Shown here: positions 1-10,435 of the stretch, one piece after another
Layout of the letters: every line of letters begins with the position of its first letter
Numbering within the stretch: position 1 is the stretch's first letter
Assembly (NCBI GenBank): GCA_963764495.1
Contig: CAVXSR010000005.1
Span: 74,206-138,205, forward strand
DNA length: 64,000 nt
Origin: Vicinamibacteria bacterium
GTDB lineage: Bacteria > Acidobacteriota > Vicinamibacteria > Vicinamibacterales > JAENWD01
Reading direction: 5' to 3'
Position numbers and translations under genes: made by a program
Notes under the pieces: model-generated
Told to the model about the DNA's origin: nothing
What the model saw: the letters and a program-made list of their open reading frames with translations, nothing else
The model's database searches: none

Positions 1-115
1 CGGCAGCAGCTTCTACCGCGACGCGGCGCGCGGCAGGACGAAGCTGCGCTTCTGCTTCTCGAAGCGCGACGAGACCATGATCGAGGCAGATCGGCGGCTG
101 GCGACGCTCGCCTGA
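1..115 (+). CDS. C-terminal fragment of a PLP-dependent aminotransferase-like protein (gene starts upstream of the window)
   Basis: Frame 2 reads GSSFYRDAARGRTKLRFCFSKRDETMIEADRRLATLA*. The tail resembles class I/II aminotransferase C-termini. TGA 113-115 overlaps the next ATG at 115. Confidence 0.4.
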   Translation, partial: GSSFYRDAARGRTKLRFCFSKRDETMIEADRRLATLA

Positions 116-490
116 TGTCCGCCTCCGCCCCGACTCCGCCCTCGGGCTACGTCGAGGCTTCGGCGCGACCGCTCGCCGCGGCGTGCGCGTTTGCGCTCGG
201 CACCTTCGCGGCGTTCGGAGCGGTCGCGCTTTACGGGCCGGGCACGTCGCCGCGCCTGGCGCTGACCGGATCGCTCTGGACGCTCATCCTGCCGGCTGCC
301 GGCGCTCTCGCGTACGTCCTCGTTCGTCGCCCCACGGCTCGCGAAGCGGCGCCACTGTGGCTGCCGGCGATCGCACTGCTGCCGTGGCTGCCGCTGCCGA
401 TTCCGCCGGCCGCGCTCCTGTGGACCGGCCCGTTGGCGCGCCTGCTCGTAGTCGCTGCCGTCGTTGGCGTGATCGTCCCTCTGTTGTGGA

Positions 491-528
491 GGCGGGGCTT
501 TAGCCCCGCCGGCGTGAGCCCCGCCGGC
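491..528. repeat. family A hairpin (GGCGGGGC-TTTA-GCCCCGCC) plus half copy, in-frame inside a CDS
   Basis: It is a perfect 8 bp stem with a tetraloop and encodes WRRGFSPAGVSPAG. Confidence 0.8.
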
Positions 529-1166
529 AGCCCTTCCATCGCGTTCGCACTCGCTGCCGCACTCTACGTCGGCGCAGCCTGGCGGCTATCACCCGTGCTG
601 CCGAGCGGCGACGAGCCGCACTATCTGGTCATCGCCGAAAGCCTGCTGCGCGACGGCGACTTGCGGATCGAGAACAACCATGCCTCCCGCGGCTACCTTG
701 CATATGTCGACGGCGAGCTGAAGCCCGACTATCTGCGCCGCGGACGCGATGGGCAGATTTACTCGATCCACGCGCCCGGCCTTCCCGCGCTGGTGCTGCC
801 AGCATTCGCCGCTGCTGGTTATCCCGGCGTCGTGTTGTTCCTCGCGCTGCTGAGCGCCGCCGGCGCGGCGCTCGCCTGGCGTGCGGCATTCGAGGTGACG
901 AAGGACGTCGTGGCGGCATGGGTCGGCTGGGCAGCGGTCGCGCTCTCTGCGCCTTTCTTCTTCCAGGCCTTCACTGTCTTCCCTGACGCCCCGGCAGCGG
1001 TCATCGTCATGGGCGTCGTCTACGCGCTCGTCCGCGAAGGCTGGCTCACGTCCGCCGGTCGGCTGGCGATTGTTGGCGCCGCCCTCGCCGCGTTGCCCTG
1101 GCTGCACACGCGGTATGCGCTGATCGCTGCAGCAGCTGGCGTCGTTGTCGCCCTGCGTATCCTCTC

Positions 1167-1240
1167 GTACGTAGGCCCGAGCTTCAGCTCGGGCATCGGC
1201 CCGCGCGGGAGCGCCCAAGCTAAAGCTTGGGCCTACGTAC
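1167..1240. repeat. family A MITE-like composite (two hairpins, termini GTACGTAGGCCC/GGGCCTACGTAC), in-frame inside a CDS
   Basis: It contains the hairpins gcccgagcTTCAgctcgggc and gcccaagcTAAAgcttgggc. The architecture matches 14712-14790. Confidence 0.85.
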
Positions 1241-2834
1241 GCGTGCTCGCATTCATCGCCATCCCGCTCATCAGCGCCGCCGCGTGGCTGCTGCTCTTCA
1301 ACCAGATCTACGGCACCCTCGATCCCCGCGCGCCGTACAGGCGGCTCGCCCGAGATGCGGCTGGCGCGAATTCCAATCGGGCTCACGGGACTGTTCATCG
1401 ATCAGCAATTCGGCCTACTGCCGAACGCACCTGTCTACCTCGTCGCGCTGGGCTCATTCGTCTCATTCGCACGGCAGCAGCGTCGCCTCGCCATCGAGAT
1501 GCTCGCGATCGCGACGCCTTACGTGATCGCGGTGGCCGCGTTTCACATGTGGTGGGCCGGCTTGAGCTCTCCCACCCGCTTCCTCGTCCCCATGCTGCTG
1601 CCGATGGCTGTGCCGATGGCTGTGTGCTGGCGGCGGCAGGCAAGCGCCGCTGGTCGAGCCGCGATGTTGGCGCTCGTGGCCGCTAGCGTCGGGATTACCG
1701 CCGCGCTGACCTGCGCGGGCGATGGCAGCCTGCTTTACAACACGCGCGACGGATACGCCCGCTGGCTCGATTGGATCGCGCCGGCGGTGAATCTGGCGCA
1801 CGCGCTTCCGAGCCTGTTTCAGGGCGGTGTCGCCACAGCCTGGGCACAGGCCGCGATGTGGTGCGCCGCGCTCGCTGCCGGATGGTATGGGCTCCGAATC
1901 CTCGAACGCCGATCCGTCTCGTCCTTCCTGGCAGTGCCGCTCGTCGCGATTGCGGTGGCGTCTCTCGGCGCGAGCGGCGGCTGGACGGTCTCGGGGCATA
2001 CGGCGATCGAGCCAGGATCGAGCGCGGTCGCAATGTTGCGCACCGCATGCGGCCGCGATCGGGCGCTCGTTCGTGTCGCGCCGTTCGCGTGGTCGGTGTC
2101 GCGACGTGACGATGCGGCCTTTGGCGTCCAGGACGCAGGTCGCAGGCCGATGGCGGCCGGTGGTCCGATCTGGACAGGTCGCGACATGCCGCCTGGCCGC
2201 TATCGGGTGCTTCTCGACACCGGGCTCAACGTCACAGGCGAGCTGACGATCGCGCTGGGGAAGCCGGATGCGACGCTTCAGCAGTGTGCCTTCGCCGAGC
2301 ATCGACCCGGCACCACCGACTGCATCGTCGATCTGCCCGCCGGCGCGACCTGGCTGTGGATGACACCGGACTCCGCGATGCGCGCGTCGATTGAAGGGCT
2401 GCGGCTTCAACCGATCTCGCAGGACAGGTCCGACATGTGTGCGCTCAGAGCCGACCGCGCCGTCGTGACACCGGCAGGCGTGATGTTTGCGGAGAAGGGA
2501 AGCGTGTATGCCGAGCCGGCTGGACTGTGGGTCATCGGTGGAAGGATGGCGAGGCTCACCATTCGGCCACGCGAGCAGGGAAATCTGGTCCTGCGGAACG
2601 GTCCGACCGCGAACCTCGTTCGCGTCGCAACCCGAGCGTCGGACGAAGAGCATCGTCTTGCGCCAGGCGAGCTCATAACCATTCGGTTATATACCCCCCC
2701 GGCTGGAGGCGTGCTCCCGGTCACCATCGCCAGCGCCGCCGGCGTCAGGCCGGCGGACCTGGAAGCGGGAAATCGCGACTTGCGGGTGCTAGGCGTGTGG
2801 GTGGAACTGCGGTCAAGGAAGCAATGACTAACAG

Positions 2835-2892
2835 CAGGAGGGCCCGACTTCAGTCGGGCCTTCGGTCGCCGCACTGAAGTGCGGACCTACTG
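2835..2892. repeat. family A hairpin dimer (CAGGAGGG..ACCTACTG)
   Basis: It contains the hairpins ggcccgacTTCAgtcgggcc and ccgcacTGAAgtgcgg and lies between convergent stop codons. Confidence 0.85.
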
Positions 2893-4558
2893 CGGTCCAA
2901 CGTCGCGAATCTTGAAAATCGTGATGTCGCCCCAACTCGCACGCACGTCGAGCTCCCTGGAGTCGTCGACGAGCGCGAGCTGGCGCTGTCCTTTCCGGCG
3001 CGCAAATTCCGATCGGTGCAGCACGACTGTGGTCACGCCCTTCGAGCGCAGCCACGCAAACGACTCGGAGTCGGGGAAGCCGTTCAGCGTCCTGGCGGTG
3101 ACGCCGTAGCCGGGCGGCACGAAGCCGCTGTAGCCGTTCACCAGTGGTTTCCAGTGGCTGGTGGCGTTGACCATGTAGCGGGCGTTTCTGGAAACTCCAG
3201 GTCGCCCATAGATCGGCAACTCCAGGACCGCCACGTGTTCCGGACTTTGCAGCACGTCGTAGATCGACGGGATCCCCTCGAACGGCGAGTACCACATGGG
3301 GGCGCGGAGCGCTTCAACGTTCACCAGGACGATCAGCGCGCCGGCGACGACAGGCCACCGGCGATCGCTGACCCATCGCCCCCGCAGCGCGACCATGCCG
3401 GCTGCCGCCAGCAGACCGAGGCCGATCATCGCGATTTGTCCGGCCCGCGCGTAGGCGCGAATCGCCCCCAGCCCGGGCAGGTGCGCGTGCGCCCATTCGA
3501 ACCCAGGCAGCCGCGGCGCCACCGACAGGAAGACGGCGCCCACCACGATCGCCGTCGCCATGCGCACGTAACGTTCCATCGGCGTGGACGGCGAGCGCCT
3601 GGCTCGCCAGGCCCAGGCGACTCCTGCGATCGCCAAGGCCAGCGCCACGATCCCCGGGAAGTTGGCCTCGGCGCTCTTGTCGAACAAGTGGCTCCAGAGC
3701 CCGTAATGCACGCGCGCGCCGGTATAGAGGTAGTCCGTCCACGTCGACGAAAATTGCCGCGACTCGTCAACCCTGCGAGTCAGGCCGTATTCGTTCGAGA
3801 GCAGATAGTAGGGATGGAGCACTGGCGCAAGCAGGAGCGCCGCAACCGCCGCGGCGACGATCAGCAGGGCGGCGACCCGCCAGCGGCCCGGCCCGAACCA
3901 GTCCTTCACGCGAACGCTCGCCGCACAGAGGAGCGCCCACGCGGCGAAGATCAGCGCGTAAATCGACGCGAACGCCTGGAACGCCACCGCCGCGCCGAGC
4001 AGGACCGCGTGCGTGAGGCGACGCTGCTCGAGCAGTCGATCGAATGCGAACAGGGCGAGCGGCAGGAACTCGAGATGCTGCGCCTGGATGTGCGGCAGGC
4101 GCACGAGCGACTGCGCGTTGAACGCCGCAATCGACCCACCCACGACAGCGGCGGGCAGGCTGCCCGTCATGCGCAGGGCCAGGAGCGACGCCGCCCATCC
4201 CGTCAGCGCGAAACCGGCGAGGAGAACGAGGTTGTAGGCCAGCACCGGCGATCCGCCAAGGCGAATCACCGGGATTGCCAGCGCGCCCTGGACGATCAGC
4301 GGCTCGGAGTAGGCGAGTGTGCGCTTTTCCGGGTAGAAGATGCCGGCGTCGAAGAGGTGCCGGGGATCGAGTCGGCAGCGTGCGTGCGACCCACGCCATC
4401 GCCCACGTGTTCAGTTGCGCGTCAGCAGTATCGAGCCGGGAATAATACGAAGGCGCGGACGCGAGCGGCCAGGTATGGACGACCGCGAGTACGGCGAAAA
4501 CTGCAAGCAGCGTCAGGCGCGGAAAGCGGAGCTCGGACACCGCGCCGGTCTCTGTCAC
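2887..4558 (-). pseudogene. polytopic membrane protein, PMT_2/GT-C-like putative glycosyltransferase; frame broken by one extra base
   Basis: ORFs 3767..4558 and 2887..4269 join as MTETG..NTWAMAWVARTLPT|DPRHLFDAGIFYPEKRTLAYSEPLIVQGALAIPVIRLGG.., with an extra base at about 4369. The N-terminal half is multi-TM. The TAG stop lies in a repeat terminus. Confidence 0.55.
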
Positions 4559-4578
4559 GGGATTGTCGGCCGTGTCGT

Positions 4579-5406
4579 TTAGAACCGGACGACGCCGGTG
4601 AAGTAGAGGCCCTTCAAGGTGAGATCGCCGGTGTCGAGCTTGGCGAGATAGCTGGCGTCGAGCCAGCGATAGCCGCCCTGGACGCCGACGTTGTCCGTGA
4701 AGTTGAACGTCCCGTAGATGTCGACGTCGATGAACTGCCCCTCGTATTCGTCGATCTCAGGCACATTCAGCCCGGTGACTTCACCGGTAATCGAGAACTG
4801 CTTCGCTGGATATGCGCGGATCACGCCGCCGATTCCGGGGATGGGGCCCTTGGCCTCGGTGAACTCGCTGTCGATCGGGCTGTCCAGCTGCAGCTGCGCC
4901 TTCGTCTGGCGCACTTCAAGGATGAATCCCGCATAGAAACGGTCCGTGTAGACGAAGTCGTATTCATAGCCAACGCGCCAGGTGTCCCATTCGAACTGAC
5001 TCTGCACTGGCAGGCCGGCGTTGAACTCGATGCCGTTGAACACGAGCGAGCGGTTCAGGATCGTGTCGCCTTCGAACTTGACCGGGATGTACTCGATGCG
5101 GAACTTGTGCTTCCTGCCAGGACGCAGCACCAGGCGAAACTGACGGATGGCCTCGTCCGTGTACCCCAGATCCGACTTGACGTCGATCTCCGAGCCGATG
5201 ATGCCGAGCTGCTCGCTCGAAATGGTCGCCTCGAGATCCGGATGCCAGAACCCGTAGGAAACCTCGACGTGGTACTTCTCGCCGGTCGCCGGATCGTTCA
5301 TCGTCGGGCGCCCGTACTGCGCCGCGGCCGGGATCGTCGCCGCCAGCCAGAGAAGCATGGAGCCCGCTGCCACGGCGGCAGCGCGCCGCAAAACAAACGT
5401 ATGCAT
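4579..5406 (-). CDS. outer-membrane beta-barrel protein
   Basis: It has a signal peptide (..WLAATIPAAAQ), an alternating amphipathic strand pattern and a C-terminal aromatic residue (..YFTGVVRF). Confidence 0.6.
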   Translation of the reverse strand: MHTFVLRRAAAVAAGSMLLWLAATIPAAAQYGRPTMNDPATGEKYHVEVSYGFWHPDLEATISSEQLGIIGSEIDVKSDLGYTDEAIRQFRLVLRPGRKHKFRIEYIPVKFEGDTILNRSLVFNGIEFNAGLPVQSQFEWDTWRVGYEYDFVYTDRFYAGFILEVRQTKAQLQLDSPIDSEFTEAKGPIPGIGGVIRAYPAKQFSITGEVTGLNVPEIDEYEGQFIDVDIYGTFNFTDNVGVQGGYRWLDASYLAKLDTGDLTLKGLYFTGVVRF

Positions 5407-5570
5407 AGTCCTCTTTTCGGCCCCGAAAGCCTCGAGCTACAGGTTCGCGCCGCTCACGACCGGTTCGCTGGGAAGGAACCGTGGAAGGGAAGGCAAGCAG
5501 GCGTTCGACCGGATCGGACGTGCGCGTCCGGGCCTGCTGGGGGCAGGCCGAGGCTCAGAATAGCACACGT

Positions 5571-5576
5571 TATACT
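5571..5576 (+). promoter_or_regulatory. -10 box TATACT placed 6 nt upstream of the ABC-exporter ATG (possible leaderless mRNA)
   Basis: The sequence is TATACTcggacgATG. There is no SD and no clear -35. Confidence 0.35.
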
Positions 5577-5582
5577 CGGACG

Positions 5583-7388
5583 ATGTCCCCGTCGGGGGCG
5601 GGACAGGCTCCGTACCGGCGCCTCCTGCCGTACTTCTCTCGTCACCGCCGCACGGTCGCGCTCGGCTTCGGCTGCATCCTCGCGACGACGGCCATTCAGG
5701 TGCTTGCACCCTGGGTGCTGAAGTTCGCGGTGGACGATTTGTCCACACGCGTCACGCGCGGCAAACTCGGCTTGTACGCGGCGGTGCTGTTCGCGATCTC
5801 CGCCGCGGGCGGCGTGTTCCGCTTCCTGATGCGCCGCATCATCATCGGTGTCTCGCGCGAGATCGAGTACGACCTGCGCAACGCCTTCTTCGCGCACCTG
5901 CAGCGGCTGCCGCCCGAATACTTCCGGCGGCACCGCACCGGCGACCTGATGTCGCGCGCGACGAACGACCTGAACGCCGTCCGGATGATGGCCGGCCCGT
6001 CGATCATGTACGCGTCGCAGACGACGCTCGTCTTCGTCGTCGCGATCATCCTGATGCTGTCAATCGATCCGCGGCTGACGCTGATCGGTCTGCTGCCGCT
6101 GCCGCTCGTGTCGGTCTCGGTGAAGGTGTTCGGCGCCGCCATCCATCGCCGGTTCGAGCGCATCCAGGCGCAGCTCTCCGAGCTCAGCGCAGTGGCGCAG
6201 GAGAACCTGTCAGGCGTGCGCGTCGTCCGCGCCTACGGCCAGGAGTCGGCGGAGCTGGCGCGCTTCCGCGCCGCCAACGAGGAGTACATCGCGCGCAATC
6301 GCGGCCTGATTCGGCTGCAGGGCGCGTTCTATCCGAGCATGACGCTGCTGCTCGGCTTTGGCGCGCTGCTCGTGCTGTGGCAGGGCAGCCGCGACGTCAT
6401 CCAGGGGCGGATCAGCGTCGGGGAACTGGTGGCGTTCAACGCGTACCTGGTGATGCTGGCCTGGCCGATGATCGCGTTCGGCTGGGTGACGAACATGCTG
6501 CAGCGCGGTATGGCGTCGTGGAAGCGGATGCTCGAGATCCTCGACGAGGCACCGAGCATTGCGGATCCCGTCCATCCGGTCGCGGTCGACGCGCTGTCGG
6601 TCCGCGGCCTGGTCGAGGTGCGAGATCTGACCTTCACGTACGACACAACCGCGGTGCTCCGCGACATCAGCGTCGTCGTCCAGCCCGGGCAGACCGCGGC
6701 GATCGTCGGGGCGACCGGCAGCGGCAAGTCCACCCTGCTGCAGCTGCTGTCGCGGCTGCTCGATCCGCCGGCCGGCACGGTGTTCATCGACGGCGTGGAC
6801 ATCCGCGACATCCCGCTCGTCACGCTGCGCCGCATCGTCGGCGTCGCGCCGCAGGAACCGTTCCTCTTCTCGGACACGCTCGCGGCCAATATCGCGTTTG
6901 CCCCCGAGGTCGCCGCGCTGCCGCCGGACCGGCGCCGGGAAGTGGTGGAACAGTCGGCCGCGATGGCGCGGCTCGACAAAGATATCGTCGATTTTCCCAA
7001 GGGCTTCGACACTGTCGTCGGCGAACGCGGTATCACGCTGTCGGGCGGACAGAAGCAGCGCACGGCGCTGGCGCGTGCGGTCGCGATGGACCCGCGCGTG
7101 CTGGTGCTGGACGACGCGTTGTCGGCGGTGGATACCTACACGGAGGAAGAGATCCTGCAGCGGCTGAAGCAGGTGCGGCGCGGCCGGACGTGCCTGATCG
7201 TCGCGCACCGCGTCTCGACCGTCCGTGATGCGGACGTGATCTTCGTCCTCGACCAGGGGCGCATTGTCGAGCGCGGATCGCACGCCGAGCTCGTCGCGCA
7301 CGGCGGCGTGTACGCGGAGCTGAACCGCAAGCAATTGCTGGAAGAAGAGCTGGAAGCGATAGAAGAAGACGATGCGGTCGCGCCATGA
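5583..7388 (+). CDS. ABC transporter, fused permease/ATPase (MdlA/MsbA-type exporter)
   Basis: The N-terminal half is TM-rich. It has Walker A GATGSGKST, signature LSGGQKQR and Walker B VLVLDDALSAVD. ATG 5583 (MSPSGAGQAPYRRLLPYF) is preferred over the upstream ATG at 5481. Confidence 0.85.
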   Translation: MSPSGAGQAPYRRLLPYFSRHRRTVALGFGCILATTAIQVLAPWVLKFAVDDLSTRVTRGKLGLYAAVLFAISAAGGVFRFLMRRIIIGVSREIEYDLRNAFFAHLQRLPPEYFRRHRTGDLMSRATNDLNAVRMMAGPSIMYASQTTLVFVVAIILMLSIDPRLTLIGLLPLPLVSVSVKVFGAAIHRRFERIQAQLSELSAVAQENLSGVRVVRAYGQESAELARFRAANEEYIARNRGLIRLQGAFYPSMTLLLGFGALLVLWQGSRDVIQGRISVGELVAFNAYLVMLAWPMIAFGWVTNMLQRGMASWKRMLEILDEAPSIADPVHPVAVDALSVRGLVEVRDLTFTYDTTAVLRDISVVVQPGQTAAIVGATGSGKSTLLQLLSRLLDPPAGTVFIDGVDIRDIPLVTLRRIVGVAPQEPFLFSDTLAANIAFAPEVAALPPDRRREVVEQSAAMARLDKDIVDFPKGFDTVVGERGITLSGGQKQRTALARAVAMDPRVLVLDDALSAVDTYTEEEILQRLKQVRRGRTCLIVAHRVSTVRDADVIFVLDQGRIVERGSHAELVAHGGVYAELNRKQLLEEELEAIEEDDAVAP

Positions 7389-7394
7389 CGTTAT

Positions 7395-7506
7395 GCCCAA
7401 GCTAAAGCTTGGGCCTACGTACGACTGGGCATTGTCACCACAGTACGTAGGCCCGAGCTTTAGCTCGGGCATCATTCGGCCGCACTGAAGTGCGGCCCTA
7501 CTGCAG
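7395..7506. repeat. family A cluster (three hairpins)
   Basis: The hairpins are at 7395-7414, 7451-7470 and 7478-7497, followed by the terminus CTACTGCAG. Confidence 0.85.
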
Positions 7507-7508
7507 TC

Positions 7509-7529
7509 TGTAGCCTGTAGCCTGGAGCC
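7509..7529. repeat. heptamer micro-array TGTAGCC-TGTAGCC-TGGAGCC
   Basis: It is a direct tandem 7 nt repeat. The last unit provides the GGAG before TTG 7534. Confidence 0.7.
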
Positions 7530-7533
7530 TGAT

Positions 7534-9306
7534 TTGTCCGCCCACGATGACGATGTAGTCGGCAAGGCCTACGACAGCCGCCTGATGCGGAGGCTGTTGG
7601 AGTACCTGCGTCCCTACAAGGTCCAGGTCGCGATTGCGCTGGTCTCGATTATCGCCAGCGCCGTGCTGCAGCTTGCGCCGCCTTACCTGACGCGGCTCGC
7701 GATCGACAAGTACATCGCGCACCACGATCTCAGCGGCCTGCCCGTCATCGCCTGGCAATTCCTCGGCGTGCTGCTCGCGTCGTTCGGCCTGGAATACGTG
7801 CAGACCTGGACGATGCAGCTGACCGGCCAGCGCATCATGTACGACCTGCGGATGGAGATCTACAACCACCTGCAGCGGCTGGACCTGCGGTTCTACGATC
7901 GCAATCCCGTCGGCCGGCTGATGACACGCGTCACGAGCGATGTCGATGTCCTGAACGACTTGTTCACGGCCGGCGTCGTCGCCATCTTCGGCGACGTGTT
8001 CACGCTGCTCGGCATCATGATCGTGATGCTGGGCATGAGCTGGCAGCTCGCGCTGGCCAGCTTCGTCGTGCTGCCGCTGATCGTGCTGGTCACGCAGTGG
8101 TTCCGCCGCAACGTCCGCGAGTCCTATCGCGTCGTGCGCGCGCTGATCGCCCGGATCAACGCCTACCTGCAGGAGAACCTGACCGGCATCTCGACGGTGC
8201 AGATGTTCCGCCGCGAGCCGGAGAACTTCTCCAGGTTCGAGCAGATCAACCGCGACCACCGCGACGCCAACATCCAGTCGATCTTCTTCTACGCCGTCTT
8301 CTATCCGGCGATCGAGCTCGTCGGCGCGTTGGCAGCCTCGATCATCATCTGGTTCGGCGGGCTGCAGGTGATGGAGGGGACGCTGACGCTCGGCGTCCTC
8401 GTCGCGTTCCTGCAGTACTCGGCGCGGTTCTACCGGCCGATCAGCGACATGTCGGAGAAGTTCAACGTCCTGCAGTCGGCGATGGCGTCGTCGGAACGCA
8501 TCTTCACGCTGCTCGACACGCCGGTGTCAGTGGTCAGTCCGGCGCGGCCGGTGACGCCTGATGCGCCGCTCACGGGGCACATCGTGTTCGATCGCGTCTG
8601 GTTCGCCTACAACAACGAAGACTGGGTGCTGAAGGACGTGTCGTTCGAGGTGCGGCCGGGAGACCGCGTCGCGCTCGTCGGCGCGACCGGCTCGGGAAAG
8701 ACGACGATCATCAGCCTGCTGCTGCGCTTCTACGATGTGCAGCGCGGTCAGATCCGGATTGATGGCGTCGACGTGCGCGACCTCGATCTCGACCGCCTGC
8801 GCCGACTGTTTGCCCTGGTCCTGCAGGACGTGCATCTGTTCTCGGGCACGATCGGGGGCAACATCCGCCTGGGCGACGAAGCCATCGACAATGCGACGGT
8901 CAGGAGCGCCGCGACGGCCGTGCGCGCCGACCGGTTCATCACCGCCCTGCCGGGCGGGTTCGACGCGCCGGTTGCCGAACGTGGCGCGACGCTGTCAACC
9001 GGCGAGAAGCAGCTGCTCTCGTTCGCCCGCGCCCTCGCGTTCGACCGACCGGTCCTGATCCTGGACGAGGCGACGTCGAGCGTCGATACCGAGACCGAGC
9101 ACACCATCCAGCAGGCTCTGCACGTCCTGATGGAGGGCCGAACGACCATTGCGATCGCGCACCGCCTTTCGACGATCCAGGACATGGATACGATCCTCGT
9201 GCTCCACAAGGGCGTCCTCAGGGAATCCGGCACCCACCAGGCCCTTCTGGCCCAGCGCGGCATCTACTACCGGCTGTATCAGCTGCAGTTCGCAAAGGTG
9301 GCGTAA
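7534..9306 (+). CDS. ABC transporter, fused permease/ATPase (MdlB-type partner)
   Basis: It has the motifs GATGSGKTT, LSTGEKQL and ILILDEATSSVD. The TTG start is preceded by GGAG (7524-7527). It is adjacent to and co-directional with the first half-transporter. Confidence 0.85.
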   Translation: MSAHDDDVVGKAYDSRLMRRLLEYLRPYKVQVAIALVSIIASAVLQLAPPYLTRLAIDKYIAHHDLSGLPVIAWQFLGVLLASFGLEYVQTWTMQLTGQRIMYDLRMEIYNHLQRLDLRFYDRNPVGRLMTRVTSDVDVLNDLFTAGVVAIFGDVFTLLGIMIVMLGMSWQLALASFVVLPLIVLVTQWFRRNVRESYRVVRALIARINAYLQENLTGISTVQMFRREPENFSRFEQINRDHRDANIQSIFFYAVFYPAIELVGALAASIIIWFGGLQVMEGTLTLGVLVAFLQYSARFYRPISDMSEKFNVLQSAMASSERIFTLLDTPVSVVSPARPVTPDAPLTGHIVFDRVWFAYNNEDWVLKDVSFEVRPGDRVALVGATGSGKTTIISLLLRFYDVQRGQIRIDGVDVRDLDLDRLRRLFALVLQDVHLFSGTIGGNIRLGDEAIDNATVRSAATAVRADRFITALPGGFDAPVAERGATLSTGEKQLLSFARALAFDRPVLILDEATSSVDTETEHTIQQALHVLMEGRTTIAIAHRLSTIQDMDTILVLHKGVLRESGTHQALLAQRGIYYRLYQLQFAKVA

Positions 9307-9406
9307 GGCGCATGCGCGCATGGGCGCATGGGATCTCCTATGCATCCGACAGGATGCACCCGCGCACCCTCCCTATGCGCCCATGCCCCCGTGCGCCCAT
9401 GCGCCT
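9304..9406. repeat. family B long hairpin (arms of CATGSGCG-type units)
   Basis: TAAGGCGCATGCGCGCATGGGCGCATGGG pairs with CCCATGCCCCCGTGCGCCCATGCGCCT. The central hairpin is TGCATCC-gac-aGGATGCA. It starts at the mdlB-like TAA. Confidence 0.75.
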
Positions 9407-9454
9407 CTCCTGTATGCTTATCCCGCCAATTCTTCGCCCTCCCGAGGTGTCTGA

Positions 9455-10381
9455 ATGGATCTACACAAGTTTGCGAAGCCGTTCCGGATTGACGATGGCA
9501 AGAAGTTCCGGTTGAAGGACATCAGCCCGACCGACACGCGCGGCATCAAGTCGAAGGCGCGGGCGCTGGAGATGCTGCAGCAGGGCATCGATCGGCTGCG
9601 TCAACTGCAGGATCGGCTCTACGCGCAGGACTGCTGGTCGGTGCTGCTGATCTTCCAGGCGATGGACGCCGCGGGGAAGGACGGCACGATCAAGCACGTG
9701 ATGTCGGGGATCAACCCGCAGGGCTGCCAGGTGTTCTCGTTCAAGGCGCCAAGCAACGAGGAGCTCGATCACGACTACCTGTGGCGCGCGGTGCGCGCGC
9801 TGCCCGAGCGCGGCCGCATCGGCATCTTCAACCGCTCGTATTACGAGGAAGTGCTCGTCGTCAAAGTGCACGAAGAGATCCTGAAGTCGCAGAAGCTGCC
9901 GCCGCCGCTCATCACCAAGGACGTCTGGCGTGAGCGGTACGAAGACATGCACAACTTCGAGCGCTATCTCACGCGCAACGGCGTCATCATCCGCAAGTTC
10001 TTTCTCCATGTCTCGAAGGAGGAGCAGCGCCAGCGCTTTTTGACCCGCCTGCGCGAGTCGGACAGGAACTGGAAGTTCTCGATGGCCGACGCGAAGGAGC
10101 GGAACTGCTGGGACGCGTATCAGGAAGCCTACGAGGACGCCATCCGTCACACGGCGTCAGACCACGCGCCCTGGTACGTCGTGCCAGCCGATCACAAATG
10201 GTTCACGCGGATGGTCGTGTCGGCCGCAGTCGTCGACGCACTCGAAGAGCTCGATCTGACCTATCCTGTCGTCGACGCGCACAAGCGCGAAGAATTGAAG
10301 CTGGTGCAGACGGAGCTTGAGAAGGAAGGGCCGGCGAAGGAAAAGAAGGAGAAGAAGGGGAAGAAGAAAGCGGAGCAGTAG
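9455..10381 (+). CDS. ppk2: polyphosphate kinase 2 (PPK2) family, single-domain polyphosphate:nucleotide phosphotransferase
   Basis: It contains ..LLIFQAMDAAGKDGTIKHV.., FNRSYYEEVLVVKVH and a Lys-rich tail. A GAGGTG SD precedes the start. The TAG stop lies inside repeat terminus CAGTAGGG. Confidence 0.8.
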   Translation: MDLHKFAKPFRIDDGKKFRLKDISPTDTRGIKSKARALEMLQQGIDRLRQLQDRLYAQDCWSVLLIFQAMDAAGKDGTIKHVMSGINPQGCQVFSFKAPSNEELDHDYLWRAVRALPERGRIGIFNRSYYEEVLVVKVHEEILKSQKLPPPLITKDVWRERYEDMHNFERYLTRNGVIIRKFFLHVSKEEQRQRFLTRLRESDRNWKFSMADAKERNCWDAYQEAYEDAIRHTASDHAPWYVVPADHKWFTRMVVSAAVVDALEELDLTYPVVDAHKREELKLVQTELEKEGPAKEKKEKKGKKKAEQ

Positions 10382-10435
10382 GGCGCGACTTTAGTCGCGC
10401 CTGACGTCAGGCCGCACTAAAGTGCGGCCCTACTG
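10376..10435. repeat. family A hairpin dimer (CAGTAGGG..CCCTACTG)
   Basis: It contains the hairpins ggcgcgacTTTAgtcgcgcc and ggccgcacTAAAgtgcggcc. Both termini carry the TAG stops of the convergent flanking genes. Confidence 0.9.

Larger units (their letters stand above)
115..2827 (+). pseudogene. large polytopic membrane protein (GT-C/ArnT-like fold suspected); frame broken by one extra base
   Basis: ORFs 115..1686 and 1355..2827 are two halves of one protein. It carries the motif SGDEPHYLVIAESLLRDGDLRIENNH and many hydrophobic helices. The junction reads ..LDPRAPY|GGSPEMRLARIPIGL.., with an extra A near 1339. Two hairpin repeats lie in-frame inside it (491-528, 1167-1240). Confidence 0.6.

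Noticed and set aside
3016-5721. Very long ORFs antisense to or out of frame with real genes (3016..5721 at 901 aa, 12102..14087 at 661 aa, 19480..21519 at 679 aa, 32153..33760 at 535 aa, 34959..36707 at 582 aa, 61605..63383 at 592 aa, 61910..63793 at 627 aa, and many others)
   Set aside because: These are typical stop-poor shadow frames of GC-rich DNA. Their translations are Arg/Ala/Gly/Pro-rich low-complexity sequence with no motifs, and each overlaps a gene with unmistakable homology (OMP, rny, thrS, dnaK, groEL, acnA).
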